DNA of 64,000 nucleotides from Candidatus Levyibacteriota bacterium (GTDB lineage: Bacteria > Patescibacteriota > Microgenomatia > Levybacterales > UBA12049): assembly GCA_027334565.1 (NCBI GenBank), contig DAHWUP010000001.1:158726-222725 (forward strand), in the 5' to 3' direction. Numbering within the stretch: the first letter of the stretch is position 1; each line of letters starts with the position of its first letter. Under the pieces are notes generated by a model that saw only the letters and a program-made list of their open reading frames with translations, did not search any database and was not told where the DNA came from. This document shows, one piece after another, positions 19,098 to 29,867 of this stretch. Both the position numbers and the translations under genes were made by a program.

Positions 19098-19154
19098 AAT
19101 TAATAATTACCTCGTATGGTTTCCAAGCTAACGCCTTAGGAAGATCCTGTCAGA

Positions 19155-20444
19155 TCATCTTCTTTGAAAACCTTCATAATTTCTCATTACCAGTTGCGCT
19201 TCGATCGCTTTGATTGTTTCAAGCACCACCGATACCACGATCAAAATTCCGGTACCGCCCAAGATCAAATTCTGAACGTTGGTAAAAAATCTTGCAATAG
19301 TGGGGAAAATGGCAATAAGCCCCAAAAACAATGCGCCGGCCAAAGTGATACGCGTTAAAATATAATTCAAATAGCCTGCGGTAGGCGCGCCCGGCCTGAT
19401 TCCGGGAATAAAACCACCGTATTTCTGGATCTCTTCGGCGATCTTTTTTGGATTAAATACAACCGCGGTGTAAAAGTAGGTAAATCCTACAACCAAAACA
19501 AAATATACCACGTTATACAGAATGCCGGTCGGCGTAAACCAGGTACTGATACTTACGCCTATTCCGTGCAGTAACGGATTCTTGGCAACGACCAGGTAAT
19601 TGGCGATCAGCGAAGGCAGCAAAACCAACGAAACCGCGAAAATGATCGGTATCACTCCCGCCTGGTTCAATCGAAGCGGCAAGTGCGTGGACTGTCCTCC
19701 GTACATCTTATTACCACGAACTTGTTTCGCGTAATAAACCGTTATTTGTCTGGTCGCCTCGTTGATTATCACGATCGAAGCAATTACCGCTATTCCCATC
19801 ACCACGAATACGCCAAGATTGAAAAAATCCTGGGCGTTAACCGTAGTTACGGTTTGCGAAAACGCTACCGGCAGCCTGGCAACGATCCCGGCGAAAATAA
19901 GCAGCGAGATCCCGTTACCAATACCCCTGTCTGTGATCAACTCTCCCAACCAAACCAACAACATCGTACCGGCCGTCATGGTCACCACCAAAGAAATCAG
20001 GTTTAAGATACTCAAATTCGAAATAATGCCCTGATTTCTTAAAAGCGCATACATCCCTATGGCCTGAAGTGCCGCCAATGGAACGGTGATGATTCTGGTA
20101 TATTGATTGATTTTCTGCATTCCCGCTTCGCCTTCTTTTTGCATTTCTTCAAGTTTTGGATAAACCATGGTTAAAAGCTGAAGGATAATCGACGCGTTAA
20201 TATAGGGGTTAAGACCCAAAGCCATGACGGAAAAGTTAGCCAGAGTTCCTCCCGAAAAAACATCAAGCAGGGCAAGGAACTGATTTTGCGAAAAAAGTGC
20301 CTGGAGTTGGGCCAAGTTTACCCCCGGAACGGGGATATGAGCAAAAACTCTTGCAACCAGAAAAATCAATGCAGTGAACAAGATCTTTTTTCTGACATCA
20401 GGTGATTTTATGCTGTTTCTAAAAATAGCAAAAATTTTATCCAT
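19155..20444 (-). CDS. secY: Preprotein translocase SecY
   Basis: [38 protein letters not shown]. Confidence 0.99.
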   Translation of the reverse strand: MDKIFAIFRNSIKSPDVRKKILFTALIFLVARVFAHIPVPGVNLAQLQALFSQNQFLALLDVFSGGTLANFSVMALGLNPYINASIILQLLTMVYPKLEEMQKEGEAGMQKINQYTRIITVPLAALQAIGMYALLRNQGIISNLSILNLISLVVTMTAGTMLLVWLGELITDRGIGNGISLLIFAGIVARLPVAFSQTVTTVNAQDFFNLGVFVVMGIAVIASIVIINEATRQITVYYAKQVRGNKMYGGQSTHLPLRLNQAGVIPIIFAVSLVLLPSLIANYLVVAKNPLLHGIGVSISTWFTPTGILYNVVYFVLVVGFTYFYTAVVFNPKKIAEEIQKYGGFIPGIRPGAPTAGYLNYILTRITLAGALFLGLIAIFPTIARFFTNVQNLILGGTGILIVVSVVLETIKAIEAQLVMRNYEGFQRR

Positions 20445-20466
20445 TAAGTTAAAATTTAAATTTACC

Positions 20467-20910
20467 CTATTCCGATTCCAAGCGGCCGCCTGCTTTCTTT
20501 ATTTTTTCCGCTGCACCTTTGGAGGTAGGCAATTTAACCGTTAACGGTATTTTTATCGCTCCGTCCCCTAAGATTTTTACTCCGTATACTTTTGCCTCCT
20601 CGGGATCAACTATATTGTGGCTCACTAACGTTTTTAAATCAACTGTCGTGTCTTTTTTGAGCAGGTTCAAAACCTTTACGTTAATGATTACCGGTTTATT
20701 TTTGAATACCTTGTTTTTACCCTTTCCTCTTCTGAACGGCAACCTTTTTGTGAGCGGTAACGCCCCACCCTCAAAAGATAATGGCCTTGAACTTCTGGCG
20801 TTTTGGCCTTTTGTGCCTCGTCCGCCGGTTTTGACCCGACCGCTTCCATGCCCCTGGCCTAACCTTCGTTTTCCCTTCACGGTAGTTTTGGTCAAATTAT
20901 TTAGTCGCAT
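20467..20910 (-). CDS. rplO: 50S ribosomal protein L15
   Basis: [21 protein letters not shown]. Confidence 0.97.
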   Translation of the reverse strand: MRLNNLTKTTVKGKRRLGQGHGSGRVKTGGRGTKGQNARSSRPLSFEGGALPLTKRLPFRRGKGKNKVFKNKPVIINVKVLNLLKKDTTVDLKTLVSHNIVDPEEAKVYGVKILGDGAIKIPLTVKLPTSKGAAEKIKKAGGRLESE

Positions 20911-21412
20911 GTTTTAATTCCCTTCTCTTTTCTTCTCTCTGGTATCTATCCGCCAGCCTTTTCAGTGCCTCCATGGTTGCATAAACGTTGCTCGCCTGAT
21001 TGTCGGTGCCCAAAACTTTGGACGAGATGTTTTGAATTCCTGCCAAAGATACTACGCTTCTTACGGCACCTCCGGCAATGACGCCTGAACCGGCCGGTGC
21101 GGGTTTAAGCAGTACCTTTGCCGCGCCGAGTTTGATATAGAACTCAAAAGGAATGGAACCGTTCACGATCGGAATATCGATGGCATGTTTTTTAGCCAGG
21201 GATACACCCTTTTTGATCGCCGTTGAAACGTCACCGGCCTTACCAAGCCCAATCCCGACCTTACCGTTTTTATTCCCTACAACCATTAAAACCGAAAAAC
21301 CGATCTTGTTACCGCCTTTTGTTTTTTTCGAGACTCTGGAAACCTGAACGATTTTTTCTTCAAATCCGTCCTGCAATCTCTGATTGTCCAAATTATCACT
21401 TCTTCTATTCAT
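20897..21412 (-). CDS. rpsE: 30S ribosomal protein S5
   Basis: RVSKKTKGG, PAPAGSGVIAGG. Confidence 0.97.
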   Translation of the reverse strand: MNRRSDNLDNQRLQDGFEEKIVQVSRVSKKTKGGNKIGFSVLMVVGNKNGKVGIGLGKAGDVSTAIKKGVSLAKKHAIDIPIVNGSIPFEFYIKLGAAKVLLKPAPAGSGVIAGGAVRSVVSLAGIQNISSKVLGTDNQASNVYATMEALKRLADRYQREEKRRELKHATK

Positions 21413-21754
21413 TTAAAACTTAAGTCCTCCTTCCCTGGCTCCTTCGGCCAATGACTTTATCCTCCCGTGGAATTTATAAGCTCCTTTGTCGAATACCACA
21501 TTCGAAATCTTTTTGCCGGCCGCCTTTTTTGCAAGCAGCGTACCGAGTGCTTTCGCTTTTTCCAACCTGCCTGCAGTTTTAACGGTCAAATCCTTCTCCG
21601 ATACGCCCAACAAGGTTTCCCGTTTGACATCGTCTATGATTTGAGCATAAATATATTTGTTGGATCTAAATACCGATAATCTCGGTCTTTGAACGTTCAG
21701 CCTAACTTTAGATCTTATTCTTTTTTGTCTTAACAATTTCGTTTTACTTTTCAT
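21413..21754 (-). CDS. rplR: 50S ribosomal protein L18
   Basis: PRLSVFRSNKYIYAQIIDD, AREGGLKF. Confidence 0.97.
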   Translation of the reverse strand: MKSKTKLLRQKRIRSKVRLNVQRPRLSVFRSNKYIYAQIIDDVKRETLLGVSEKDLTVKTAGRLEKAKALGTLLAKKAAGKKISNVVFDKGAYKFHGRIKSLAEGAREGGLKF

Positions 21755-21757
21755 GTT

Positions 21758-22318
21758 TTACTTCGCTGCTCCTGCGCCGACAGCTTTAGCGGCTTTTCCG
21801 GCTTTTCGTCTGATTCGTTCTCCTACATATTTTATCCCTTTTCCTTTGTACGGCTCGGGTGGTCTGATTGCCCTGACCTTGGCGGCAGTGTCGCCGACGA
21901 CGGTCTTGTCTACTCCCGAAATCGATATGATATTTTCCTCAACTTTGAATTGAATTCCCTTATCCGCATTGATTACCACCGGATGAGAAAAACCCAGGGA
22001 AAGCGTAAGAGTATTCCCTGCGGCTTGCGCTCTGTAACCTACACCGGTCAACTCGAGTCTTTTTTCAAAACCGTCGGTAACGCCCTTAACAAGATTTGCC
22101 AGATTGGCGCGGGTCAAGCCAAATAGGGCATTGGTCAATTTATCGTTTTCCTTAACCTGGGAAACAATTACTTTTTTATCTTTGACCTCCGCCTTAATCC
22201 CGTCCGGGATATCAAGATAAAGACTTCCTTTCGGACCGCTTACGCTCACCCTGTTTCCTTGTAACGAAAAGTTTACCTGATCAATCAATTCAATTGGCTT
22301 CTTGGCAATTTTTGACAT
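21758..22318 (-). CDS. rplF: 50S ribosomal protein L6
   Basis: MSKIAKKPI, GVGYRA, RPPEPYKGKGI. Confidence 0.97.
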   Translation of the reverse strand: MSKIAKKPIELIDQVNFSLQGNRVSVSGPKGSLYLDIPDGIKAEVKDKKVIVSQVKENDKLTNALFGLTRANLANLVKGVTDGFEKRLELTGVGYRAQAAGNTLTLSLGFSHPVVINADKGIQFKVEENIISISGVDKTVVGDTAAKVRAIRPPEPYKGKGIKYVGERIRRKAGKAAKAVGAGAAK

Positions 22319-22322
22319 AATG

Positions 22323-22715
22323 TTACCATATGGCGAAGAGCACTTCTCCACCTAATCCTTTCTTCTGCGCTTCAAATGCCGTCATTACGCCCTGACTGGT
22401 TGAAATGATTATTTTTCTCTTTCCCCTTTTGGCGATCTCGGATAATTTTTTGCTCGAAGAATAGACCCTTAAGGACGGTTTTGAAATGATCGTCACGTCG
22501 GTTAAAACCGGAATCCTGTTATCATATTTGATGATCGCTTTTAATCCTTTCTTACCGTCTTTGGTTTCTTCTTTGACCTCTTCCAAGAATCCTTCCCTGA
22601 CCAGCACTTTTGCGATTTCTTTATTAACACCGGAAAAGGGTAAAGATACTTCCCTTCTTTTTGAAAACGCACTGTTTTTTATTCTTATTACAAAATCGGA
22701 AACCAGATGATTCAT
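22323..22715 (-). CDS. rpsH: 30S ribosomal protein S8
   Basis: ISKPSLRVY, STSQGVMT, GGEVL. Confidence 0.97.
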   Translation of the reverse strand: MNHLVSDFVIRIKNSAFSKRREVSLPFSGVNKEIAKVLVREGFLEEVKEETKDGKKGLKAIIKYDNRIPVLTDVTIISKPSLRVYSSSKKLSEIAKRGKRKIIISTSQGVMTAFEAQKKGLGGEVLFAIW

Positions 22716-22723
22716 ATAGACAT

Positions 22724-22909
22724 TTACCAGGTTGACTTAACTACGCCTGGCAATTCTCCTTTCTGAGCCAATTCCCTAAAACAAATCCTGCAAATACCGA
22801 ATCTTCGCATGTAAGCTCTTGATCTTCCGCAAAGACTGCAAATATTTTTGTTTCTGGTCGAAAACTTTTGTTTCTTTTTAAATTTAACTACATTCGATGT
22901 TTTTGCCAT
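22724..22909 (-). CDS. rpsN: 30S ribosomal protein S14 type Z
   Basis: CSLCGR...CRICFRE. Confidence 0.97.
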   Translation of the reverse strand: MAKTSNVVKFKKKQKFSTRNKNICSLCGRSRAYMRRFGICRICFRELAQKGELPGVVKSTW

Positions 22910-22912
22910 ATT

Positions 22913-23455
22913 TTACTTTCTAAAGGGCATTCCAAGCGCCTTTAACAGTGCATATCCTTCCTTGTCGTTATTTGCCGTTGTCACTATTGATACCTCAAAA
23001 CCCTGTATCTTGTCAATTTTGCTCGGATCGATTTCCGGAAAAACCGTACTTTCGGAAAATCCGAGCGTATAATTACCGTGTCCGTCGAAGCTGTTGTTGT
23101 TAACTCCGTGAAAATCTCTAAATCTTGGAAAAACGATATCAATTAGCTTCTGGAAAAAATCATACATCCTCTTCCCCCTTAGTGTCACCATCAGAGCGAT
23201 CTCTTCTCCTGCCCGTAGTTTAAAGGAGGAAATCGACTTCTTGGCTTTAACCACTTTCGGTTTTTGACCGGAAATTAGAGCCAAAACCTCGGCGCCTTTG
23301 TCCATATTCTTTTTATCCGAAGTGGCATCCTTTACTCCCATATTAATGGTTATTTTAGACAGTCTGGGAACGGCATGAACATTTTTGATCCCTAGCTCTT
23401 GCTTTATTGTTTTTAAAATTTCTTTGTTGTATTGATCCTGTAAAGAATTCGTCAT
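22913..23455 (-). CDS. rplE: 50S ribosomal protein L5
   Basis: ISGQKP, VTLRG, FDGHGNYTLG. Confidence 0.97.
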   Translation of the reverse strand: MTNSLQDQYNKEILKTIKQELGIKNVHAVPRLSKITINMGVKDATSDKKNMDKGAEVLALISGQKPKVVKAKKSISSFKLRAGEEIALMVTLRGKRMYDFFQKLIDIVFPRFRDFHGVNNNSFDGHGNYTLGFSESTVFPEIDPSKIDKIQGFEVSIVTTANNDKEGYALLKALGMPFRK

Positions 23456-23456
23456 T

Positions 23457-23762
23457 TTAAATTTCCTTTCCGCATTTTCTGCAAATCCTAACCTTTGAAC
23501 CTTTTAGCAATTTATATCCGACCCTGGTCGGTTTATGGCATTTAGGACAAATCAGTTGAACATTTTCCTCCGGCAGCGGTTTGGTTAAAGTAACTATTTC
23601 CGAAGGCTCGGTCTCGCTTCTTGCTTTTAAATGCCTTTTATATAAATTGACGTTAGCGATTACTATCTTATCCTCCTTGGGAAAAACCTTATCTATTTTG
23701 CCGGTTTTCCCTTTATCTTTTCCTTTGACTACTTTAACTTCGTCGCCCTTTTTTATTTTCAT
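23457..23762 (-). CDS. rplX: 50S ribosomal protein L24
   Basis: IKKGDEV..GKDKGKTG. Confidence 0.97.
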   Translation of the reverse strand: MKIKKGDEVKVVKGKDKGKTGKIDKVFPKEDKIVIANVNLYKRHLKARSETEPSEIVTLTKPLPEENVQLICPKCHKPTRVGYKLLKGSKVRICRKCGKEI

Positions 23763-23765
23763 AAG

Positions 23766-24140
23766 CTATACCACCTCAATAGCCATACTGGCAATCTTTG
23801 CAAATCCCTTATCCTTGACCTCTCTTGCGATCGGTCCAAAGATCCTTGTCCCCCTGGGATTTTTGTCTTTAGGATTATCTATCACTACACCGGCATTATC
23901 CGAAAACCTGATGTACGACCCGTCGGACCTTTTGTGCTCTTTTGCCGTCCTGACCAGAACTACCTTCACTATTTCCCCTTCCTTAACCTGTCCTGTCGGT
24001 ATCGCTTCTTTAACTACACAGTTTAGAACATCGCCGATGTAACCAAACTTCCTTTTACTTCCGCCGAAAATATGAATAACCTGCAGGACTCTGGCGCCCG
24101 AGTTATCGGCAACTTTCAACATGGTCCTATGTTGTATCAT
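23766..24140 (-). CDS. rplN: 50S ribosomal protein L14
   Basis: [18 protein letters not shown]. Confidence 0.98.
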   Translation of the reverse strand: MIQHRTMLKVADNSGARVLQVIHIFGGSKRKFGYIGDVLNCVVKEAIPTGQVKEGEIVKVVLVRTAKEHKRSDGSYIRFSDNAGVVIDNPKDKNPRGTRIFGPIAREVKDKGFAKIASMAIEVV

Positions 24141-24373
24141 TATTTAATTACCTCCGTTACTTTAAAAGATTTATCCTTTGACATCGGCTTTGTTTCCGCA
24201 ATCTTAACCGTCTGGCCCAAAGTTAATGCCAAATCGCCCGTATCCGCCTTGAATCTTTTACTTTTTCTGATCAATTTTTTATATAAAGGATGCGGCGATC
24301 TTCGGACGACTTCGACCACGGCGGTCCCTTTCATCTTTAACGAAACTATTTTGCCGTTAAATGTTTTTAACAC
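24140..24373 (-). CDS. rpsQ: 30S ribosomal protein S17
   Basis: [15 protein letters not shown]. Confidence 0.95.
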   Translation of the reverse strand: MLKTFNGKIVSLKMKGTAVVEVVRRSPHPLYKKLIRKSKRFKADTGDLALTLGQTVKIAETKPMSKDKSFKVTEVIK

Positions 24374-24591
24374 TATTTCTGCTCTCCTTTCGCTGTCAGT
24401 TCAACTTCTTTCAATGCGGTCAAGACCATCGCGATTTCTTTTTTCTTCCAGAAGATCTGTCTGGTATTTTTTAATTTTCTCTGTGTCTGCTCCACATTTA
24501 ATTTAAAAAGTTCATCGCGCGCGCCCGATAGCATCTTCTCAAGTTCTTTTTGAGATTTTGCGAATATTTCTTTTTTATCTTTAAGCTTCAT
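24373..24591 (-). CDS. rpmC: 50S ribosomal protein L29
   Basis: Position between rplP and rpsQ; ELFKL..LKNT..KKEIA. Confidence 0.9.
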   Translation of the reverse strand: MKLKDKKEIFAKSQKELEKMLSGARDELFKLNVEQTQRKLKNTRQIFWKKKEIAMVLTALKEVELTAKGEQK

Positions 24592-24595
24592 TTAT

Positions 24596-25006
24596 TTATT
24601 CCTCCCTGTCCACAATTCTTGATTTCACATTAAGTTTATGGGATGCAAGAGTAAGGGCCGCATGAGCCGTCTCTTTTGTTACCCCGCCCATCTCGAACAG
24701 AATTCTTCCCGGTGCAACCGGTGCGACGAATTCATATACGTCTCCTTTACCCGACCCCATCCTGACTTCCGGCGGTTTCTTGGTAATCGGTTTGTCCGGA
24801 AAAATTCTTATCCAGACTCTTCCCCCTCTTTGAGTGTAATGAGTGATCGCCTTGCGTGCCGCTTCGATTTGTCTTGAAGTAACCCAAGCGGTACCCTCGG
24901 CCATTAAGCCGAATTCACCAAAAGATACCGTAGTACCCTTGTAGGCATTGCCTTTCATGGTTCCCCGCATCTGTTTTCTATATTTTGCTCTCTTTGGTAC
25001 CAACAT
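24596..25006 (-). CDS. rplP: 50S ribosomal protein L16
   Basis: [23 protein letters not shown]. Confidence 0.98.
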   Translation of the reverse strand: MLVPKRAKYRKQMRGTMKGNAYKGTTVSFGEFGLMAEGTAWVTSRQIEAARKAITHYTQRGGRVWIRIFPDKPITKKPPEVRMGSGKGDVYEFVAPVAPGRILFEMGGVTKETAHAALTLASHKLNVKSRIVDREE

Positions 25007-25007
25007 A

Positions 25008-25655
25008 TTATTTTTCCTCCGGTTTATGGATCCAGACTTTAACTCCGATATATCCTTTTTTGGTCAAAGCCGGGTAACTGGCGTAACTGATATCTTCTCG
25101 GATGGTCGACAACGGCACCGTCCCGACCTGTAATTTTTCTCTTCTGGCGATCTCTGCCCCGCCGATTCTTCCGGCCAGGACAATTCTCAATCCTTTTGCA
25201 CCCGCGCCCATAACTTTTTCCTGGGTAGATACAAGAATTCTTTTTGCCGGCAACCTTCTCACCAATTGCTCCGAAATGTTTTTGGCAACAAGGTAAGCAT
25301 CCAAATTCGGATCTTTGATCGGTTCAACCTTAATATCTATTTTATATTGCGCTTTGGATTTCAATTTCTTTATGAATTCCCTTTGTAAATAATTTTTAAG
25401 ATCCTCCAAACCCGTTCCGCCCCTTCCTATCACCATTCCGGGTTTTGAAACGTAAGCGGTGATCTTAAGATTGTTAATCGACCTTTCGATTTCCACTTCG
25501 GAGATTCCGGCCGCCTTAAGCCTTTCCATCAACGCTTTTCTTATTTTAAAGTCTTCCAAAAGCAGGTCTTTATAATTCTTGTCTGCGAACCACCTGCTGC
25601 TCCAGGTGCTGAGAGCACCCAATCTTAAAATTCTTGGATTAATTTTTTGTCCCAT
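25008..25655 (-). CDS. rpsC: 30S ribosomal protein S3
   Basis: [26 protein letters not shown]. Confidence 0.98.
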   Translation of the reverse strand: MGQKINPRILRLGALSTWSSRWFADKNYKDLLLEDFKIRKALMERLKAAGISEVEIERSINNLKITAYVSKPGMVIGRGGTGLEDLKNYLQREFIKKLKSKAQYKIDIKVEPIKDPNLDAYLVAKNISEQLVRRLPAKRILVSTQEKVMGAGAKGLRIVLAGRIGGAEIARREKLQVGTVPLSTIREDISYASYPALTKKGYIGVKVWIHKPEEK

Positions 25656-25657
25656 GC

Positions 25658-26038
25658 TTATTTTTCCTTCCTTTCTTTCTTATTTACAACCTTTGGTTTT
25701 TTTAAGCCTGTTTCATCCGTTAAAACTATTTTTATATTGCTCCCTCTCCTTTTGTAAGGATGAATCCTGCCCCGGGTTGAAGGGTGATATCTTTTATAAG
25801 CCGGCGCTTCTAAAACATCTATGGATTTAATGCTTAATGTTTCTCTTTTTAAATTGTTATTATTTGTGGCATTTGCCACTGCACTTTTCAAAGTTTTTTG
25901 AAGTGATACGGCACCCCTGTTTTTAATTACCGACAAATTCACTAATGCCTCATCCAAAGAAAGCATTTTGACCGCATCCGCGACCAGTCTAACCTTTCTC
26001 GGCGCAACTCTAACCGATGATCTTGCAACAACTTCCAT
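25658..26038 (-). CDS. rplV: 50S ribosomal protein L22
   Basis: APRKVRLVAD, LKSAVANA. Confidence 0.96.
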   Translation of the reverse strand: MEVVARSSVRVAPRKVRLVADAVKMLSLDEALVNLSVIKNRGAVSLQKTLKSAVANATNNNNLKRETLSIKSIDVLEAPAYKRYHPSTRGRIHPYKRRGSNIKIVLTDETGLKKPKVVNKKERKEK

Positions 26039-26041
26039 ATT

Positions 26042-26326
26042 TTATGTCTTAGAAATTTCTCTCGCTACGACTCTTCCGTGACTTCTGAAAGTCCTGGTAG
26101 GAGCAAATTCTCCCAATCTGTGTCCCACCATCGCCTCCAAAATAAATACGTTAATAAAGTTTTTCCCGTTATAGACCGCAAAGGTATGTCCGACAAATTC
26201 CGGCGGGATCTGACAACTTCTAATCCAGGTTTTAATCGGAGTTTTGTCGCCCGACGCTTTTTGTGCCATCACCTTTTTCAGTACTCTTTGATCTACGTAT
26301 GGTCCTTTTTTTGCGCTTCTTGCCAT
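26042..26326 (-). CDS. rpsS: 30S ribosomal protein S19
   Basis: [23 protein letters not shown]. Confidence 0.98.
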   Translation of the reverse strand: MARSAKKGPYVDQRVLKKVMAQKASGDKTPIKTWIRSCQIPPEFVGHTFAVYNGKNFINVFILEAMVGHRLGEFAPTRTFRSHGRVVAREISKT

Positions 26327-26330
26327 ATTT

Positions 26331-27083
26331 TTAACCGTGCTTTCCGCCTTTCCTCCTTTGTAAAATCATTTTATTCGAATATTTCTTCGGCCTTCGGGTT
26401 TTTCCGACCGCTTTTCTACCGGCAAAAGTTTTTGGCAGGGTCATTCCTATACCGGATCTTCCCTCTCCTCCTCCGTGAGGATGACTTCTTGGATTCATCG
26501 CGACTCCCCTTACCGAGGGTCTTATTCCCATATGCCTTTTTGTTCCGGCTTTCTTAAATGTCCTATTCTTTAGGTCAACGTTACCAAGGGTACCGACCGT
26601 AGCGAAACTTTTTGACCTGATTTTCCTGACCTCGCCCGACGGAAGCCGTAAATGAACGTAATCCCCTTCCTTTGCGGCAACTACCGCCCCTGTTCCGGCT
26701 CCCCTCGCAATTTGTCCTCCCCTCCCCGGAATTAATTCGACATTATGAACAAATGTTCCTATGGGCATTGCCATCAGGGGAAGAGCGTTCCCGACCTTGA
26801 TGTCCGCTCCCTGGCCTGCCGTGATCGAATCGTTCAGCTTTAATCCCTGAGGAGCCAGGATATATCTTTTTTCGCCGTCGATGTATTTTACCAAAGCAAT
26901 ATCGCAGGTTCTATTGGGATCATATTCCAGAGCCACAATTTTTCCTTCGATATTTCTTTTATCCCTTTTGAAATCTATAATTCTTAGGAATCTCTTTTGT
27001 TCTCCTCCGTGATGTCTGACCGACACTTTTCCGGACGCATCCCTTCCCGAATTTTTTCTTCTGATAAACTTTAAATTGCTCAT
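26331..27083 (-). CDS. rplB: 50S ribosomal protein L2 (short N-terminus)
   Basis: [22 protein letters not shown]. Confidence 0.98.
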   Translation of the reverse strand: MSNLKFIRRKNSGRDASGKVSVRHHGGEQKRFLRIIDFKRDKRNIEGKIVALEYDPNRTCDIALVKYIDGEKRYILAPQGLKLNDSITAGQGADIKVGNALPLMAMPIGTFVHNVELIPGRGGQIARGAGTGAVVAAKEGDYVHLRLPSGEVRKIRSKSFATVGTLGNVDLKNRTFKKAGTKRHMGIRPSVRGVAMNPRSHPHGGGEGRSGIGMTLPKTFAGRKAVGKTRRPKKYSNKMILQRRKGGKHG

Positions 27084-27084
27084 A

Positions 27085-27375
27085 TTATTCCTTTCCCCCG
27101 ACATCAAAGATAGAAATCTTTTCACCTTCTTTAAGCGTTACGATCGCTTTTTTAAATGAAGCTAATTTAACTTCTATTCTTTTTGTTCCCGCTTTCAAAG
27201 ATCTTCCTTTGGTAAAAGAAGTGGCTATCCTTAGAACATGCACTTTAAATTTGTCCTCGATTTCTTTCTTGATCTCACGTTTGTTTGACGATTTTTCCAC
27301 CTTAAAAGTGTATCTTCCTTTGGAAGCCTCGTCCATAGATTTTTCACTGATCACCGGTCCGATAAGTTTATTCAT
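27085..27375 (-). CDS. rplW: 50S ribosomal protein L23
   Basis: PVISEKS, KKAIVTLKEG. Confidence 0.96.
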   Translation of the reverse strand: MNKLIGPVISEKSMDEASKGRYTFKVEKSSNKREIKKEIEDKFKVHVLRIATSFTKGRSLKAGTKRIEVKLASFKKAIVTLKEGEKISIFDVGGKE

Positions 27376-27378
27376 ATT

Positions 27379-28146
27379 CTAGTCCTTTAAATAAGTCGCT
27401 TTTAACATTTCTAATGAATCTTTCATGAATATAATGTTTTTATTCTTCAAAACCTCATAAGTGTTTAATAAATTTGAAGCACGAATGCTGACACCGCTGA
27501 TGTTTCTGGCCGATTTAACGACGTTTTCAAAATCTTTAGTGGCTTTGGGTGTGACCAGCAACAATTGCGGGTTTTTCCCTTCAAGCGCCAAGCCATTTAG
27601 GGCCTGCGACATGATTTTTGTCTTCGGCTCGAGCTTTTCGTATCCTTTTACAATTTTGATTTCTCCCGCTTTAAGCTTAGCGGTCAAAGCGCTGAAAAGA
27701 GCCGCTTTTCGCATTTTCTGATTCAGTTTAAGGGAATAGTCCCTCGGTTTAGGTCCGAATGCGATACCGCCGCCGACAAAAATCGGAGCCGATTTCGCAC
27801 CGTGTCTGGCCCGTCCGGTTCCTTTTTGTCTGTAAATTTTTCGCGTCGAAATTTTCACTTCTCCTCTTGATTTGGTTTTTACCGTACCCCTTCTCTGGTT
27901 TGATAAATATATTCTTACCGCTTGCGACATCAAAGGGTTGTTAACCTTTGCGTCAAAAATTTCCTTCGGCAGGGTCACCGTTTCGGTCGAATGTCCTCTT
28001 ATGTCGTATACTTTTTGACGAAGTCCGGTTTCTACCAAGGGCGTTTTTGTTACGGAACTTGCCACGGATCTCGCGGGCGTTGATGCCGCCTTTTTAGCGG
28101 ACGGTTTTACTGTTTTACCAACCGGTGATTTTTTAGTTACTGGCAT
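27379..28146 (-). CDS. rplD: 50S ribosomal protein L4 with N-terminal extension
   Basis: RQKGTGRARHG, GGGIAFGPKPR. Confidence 0.98.
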   Translation of the reverse strand: MPVTKKSPVGKTVKPSAKKAASTPARSVASSVTKTPLVETGLRQKVYDIRGHSTETVTLPKEIFDAKVNNPLMSQAVRIYLSNQRRGTVKTKSRGEVKISTRKIYRQKGTGRARHGAKSAPIFVGGGIAFGPKPRDYSLKLNQKMRKAALFSALTAKLKAGEIKIVKGYEKLEPKTKIMSQALNGLALEGKNPQLLLVTPKATKDFENVVKSARNISGVSIRASNLLNTYEVLKNKNIIFMKDSLEMLKATYLKD

Positions 28147-29114
28147 TATTCAACAACCTCCTTATTTACCGTTGTTGCTTCCGAACCATCTGGTTTCGTC
28201 GAAGCTGCCGGTTCGCCTTGCGCTACGTCCTTATTTTCCGCCTGGATATCGGATTGAACAGGTTCCGCATTTTTGGTTTCGGTATCTGATTCCTGATCCG
28301 GCTGGGCAGTTAAAGTCTGAACCGATTCCGGCTCTTTAACCGTTTCTGTTTCATCGTTTACAACCGTTTCATCGGCCGGAATGTCTTTTTGCTCCGGTTC
28401 CGCTTCGGGCTCGCTATATAAAGGTACAAATTTTTTATTTTCTCCTACTTTTTTAACCAGCAGAAGCGAGTTGATTCTACCCGGCACCAAACCCCTAATT
28501 AGCAATACTCCGTCGTTGGTGATATCGATGACCTCCAAATTTTTAACGGTGACCCTATCACTTCCCATTCTTCCTGCCATTTTCTTGCCTCTATACACTC
28601 TTCCAGGTGTAGTGGTTTGACCGATAGAACCGGGAGCTCTTTCGCGATCGGATTGTCCGTGGGTTCTGGGACCGCCCTTAAAATGATATCTTTTCACCCC
28701 ACCGGCCCAACCCTTTCCTTTGGAAACACCGGTAACGTCGATTATGTCACCCGCTGTAAAAATTTCACCAACGGCCACTTCCGTACCCAAAACGGCGCCG
28801 GCAATATCTTCAACCCTGACTTCCTTAAAGTATTTGGGTGAGGGAATGGTCGTTCTTGTTACTGCGGGGTCTGTTTCGGAAGTTTGTTTCGGGGAATTAA
28901 GTGCCTTTTGGACGTGACCGAAAATCGCTTTATTCGTCCTTTTCTTGGCATCCATCCCAAGTTGAATCGAATTGTATCCTTCTTTATCCTGAGTTTTTAT
29001 TTGAGTGATAACATTTCCGGCAACCGTCACCCCGGTCAACGGAACCCTCGTTCCGTCTTGCAGGAATCCCTGTTTTTGATAAGTTTTTTTACCGATAAGT
29101 GCGTTTAATTGCAT
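28146..29114 (-). CDS. rplC: 50S ribosomal protein L3 with acidic C-terminal extension
   Basis: DVTGVSKGKG, PGRVYRGKKMAGRMG. Confidence 0.98.
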   Translation of the reverse strand: MQLNALIGKKTYQKQGFLQDGTRVPLTGVTVAGNVITQIKTQDKEGYNSIQLGMDAKKRTNKAIFGHVQKALNSPKQTSETDPAVTRTTIPSPKYFKEVRVEDIAGAVLGTEVAVGEIFTAGDIIDVTGVSKGKGWAGGVKRYHFKGGPRTHGQSDRERAPGSIGQTTTPGRVYRGKKMAGRMGSDRVTVKNLEVIDITNDGVLLIRGLVPGRINSLLLVKKVGENKKFVPLYSEPEAEPEQKDIPADETVVNDETETVKEPESVQTLTAQPDQESDTETKNAEPVQSDIQAENKDVAQGEPAASTKPDGSEATTVNKEVVE

Positions 29115-29133
29115 GTTTTCCTTCCAGACAAAC

Positions 29134-29160
29134 AAAAAGCGACCACACAGAGTCGCTCTT
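29134..29160 (-). terminator. Attenuator-like terminator hairpin in the rplC leader
   Basis: AAGAGCGAC-TCTGTGTG-GTCGCTTTT followed by TGTTT. Confidence 0.65.
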
Positions 29161-29233
29161 ATCACAAAATTTGTAAAAAGCCTCCTATGTAGCTTCGATC
29201 ACCTCCATTTGCCTGATCATTTTGTTAAAAGTT

Positions 29234-29262
29234 ATTATATAGAAATTCGTGCCTAAATGCAA
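29234..29262 (-). promoter_or_regulatory. rplC operon promoter
   Basis: TTGCAT-17-TATAAT. Confidence 0.75.
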
Positions 29263-29274
29263 GGGGATGCGGTT

Positions 29275-29820
29275 TTATTCCTGCACGGGTTGCAAGCGTC
29301 CAAGAACGTTGCCGGTAACTTTGGCCGCCTCTTGGCCGGTCCTGGTCTCTTTTAGAAGCGTATGCAATTTGGGAGAGTAAACTCCAACGCCTTCGTCCTT
29401 CATCTGCTGGGTCTGTAAGAGTTCTTTCATGCAGGAGAAGGTTGTAACGTTGTCATCCGAAAAATCGATATCTATCGACAGCCAGCCCAGGAATTTTAAA
29501 CCCTCCCTGGCTATCAAACGGTCTGCCGGTCCGCTCTCCTCTCCTTCAGCCTTCGGAGCAGGTTCGTATTCCATCACACGCTGATAGGCCGGCCTTAATT
29601 CTTCAAGCTTTGGATGTTCACGAAAATTAGAACCTAAACTATAGCGCGCGCCTTTGATTTCCAGCCAACCGCTTTGCCCCGAGTCGATTATAGTTTTCGC
29701 TTCGGGAATCGCCTCTAGTGCATCGAATACCCTTTTTCTAAGGCCTGATACTTGTTCCGGACCCAAAGTACCTTCGGTTTCGTTTTGATGGTCTTCTGTT
29801 GTTTCCGCGGCCGCATCCAT
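29275..29820 (-). CDS. Hypothetical protein inserted between rpsJ and rplC
   Basis: 181-aa ORF; own TTGACT-17-GACCAT promoter 6 nt before ATG. Confidence 0.7.
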   Translation of the reverse strand: MDAAAETTEDHQNETEGTLGPEQVSGLRKRVFDALEAIPEAKTIIDSGQSGWLEIKGARYSLGSNFREHPKLEELRPAYQRVMEYEPAPKAEGEESGPADRLIAREGLKFLGWLSIDIDFSDDNVTTFSCMKELLQTQQMKDEGVGVYSPKLHTLLKETRTGQEAAKVTGNVLGRLQPVQE

Positions 29821-29867
29821 GCATAAATGGTCTCATAATAAGCAAGGCAAGTCAAGCTAAAAGAGGG

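Noticed and set aside
19098-19160. Small hairpins and ACG AGG TAA after secY
   Set aside because: Too short to call a duplicated tail
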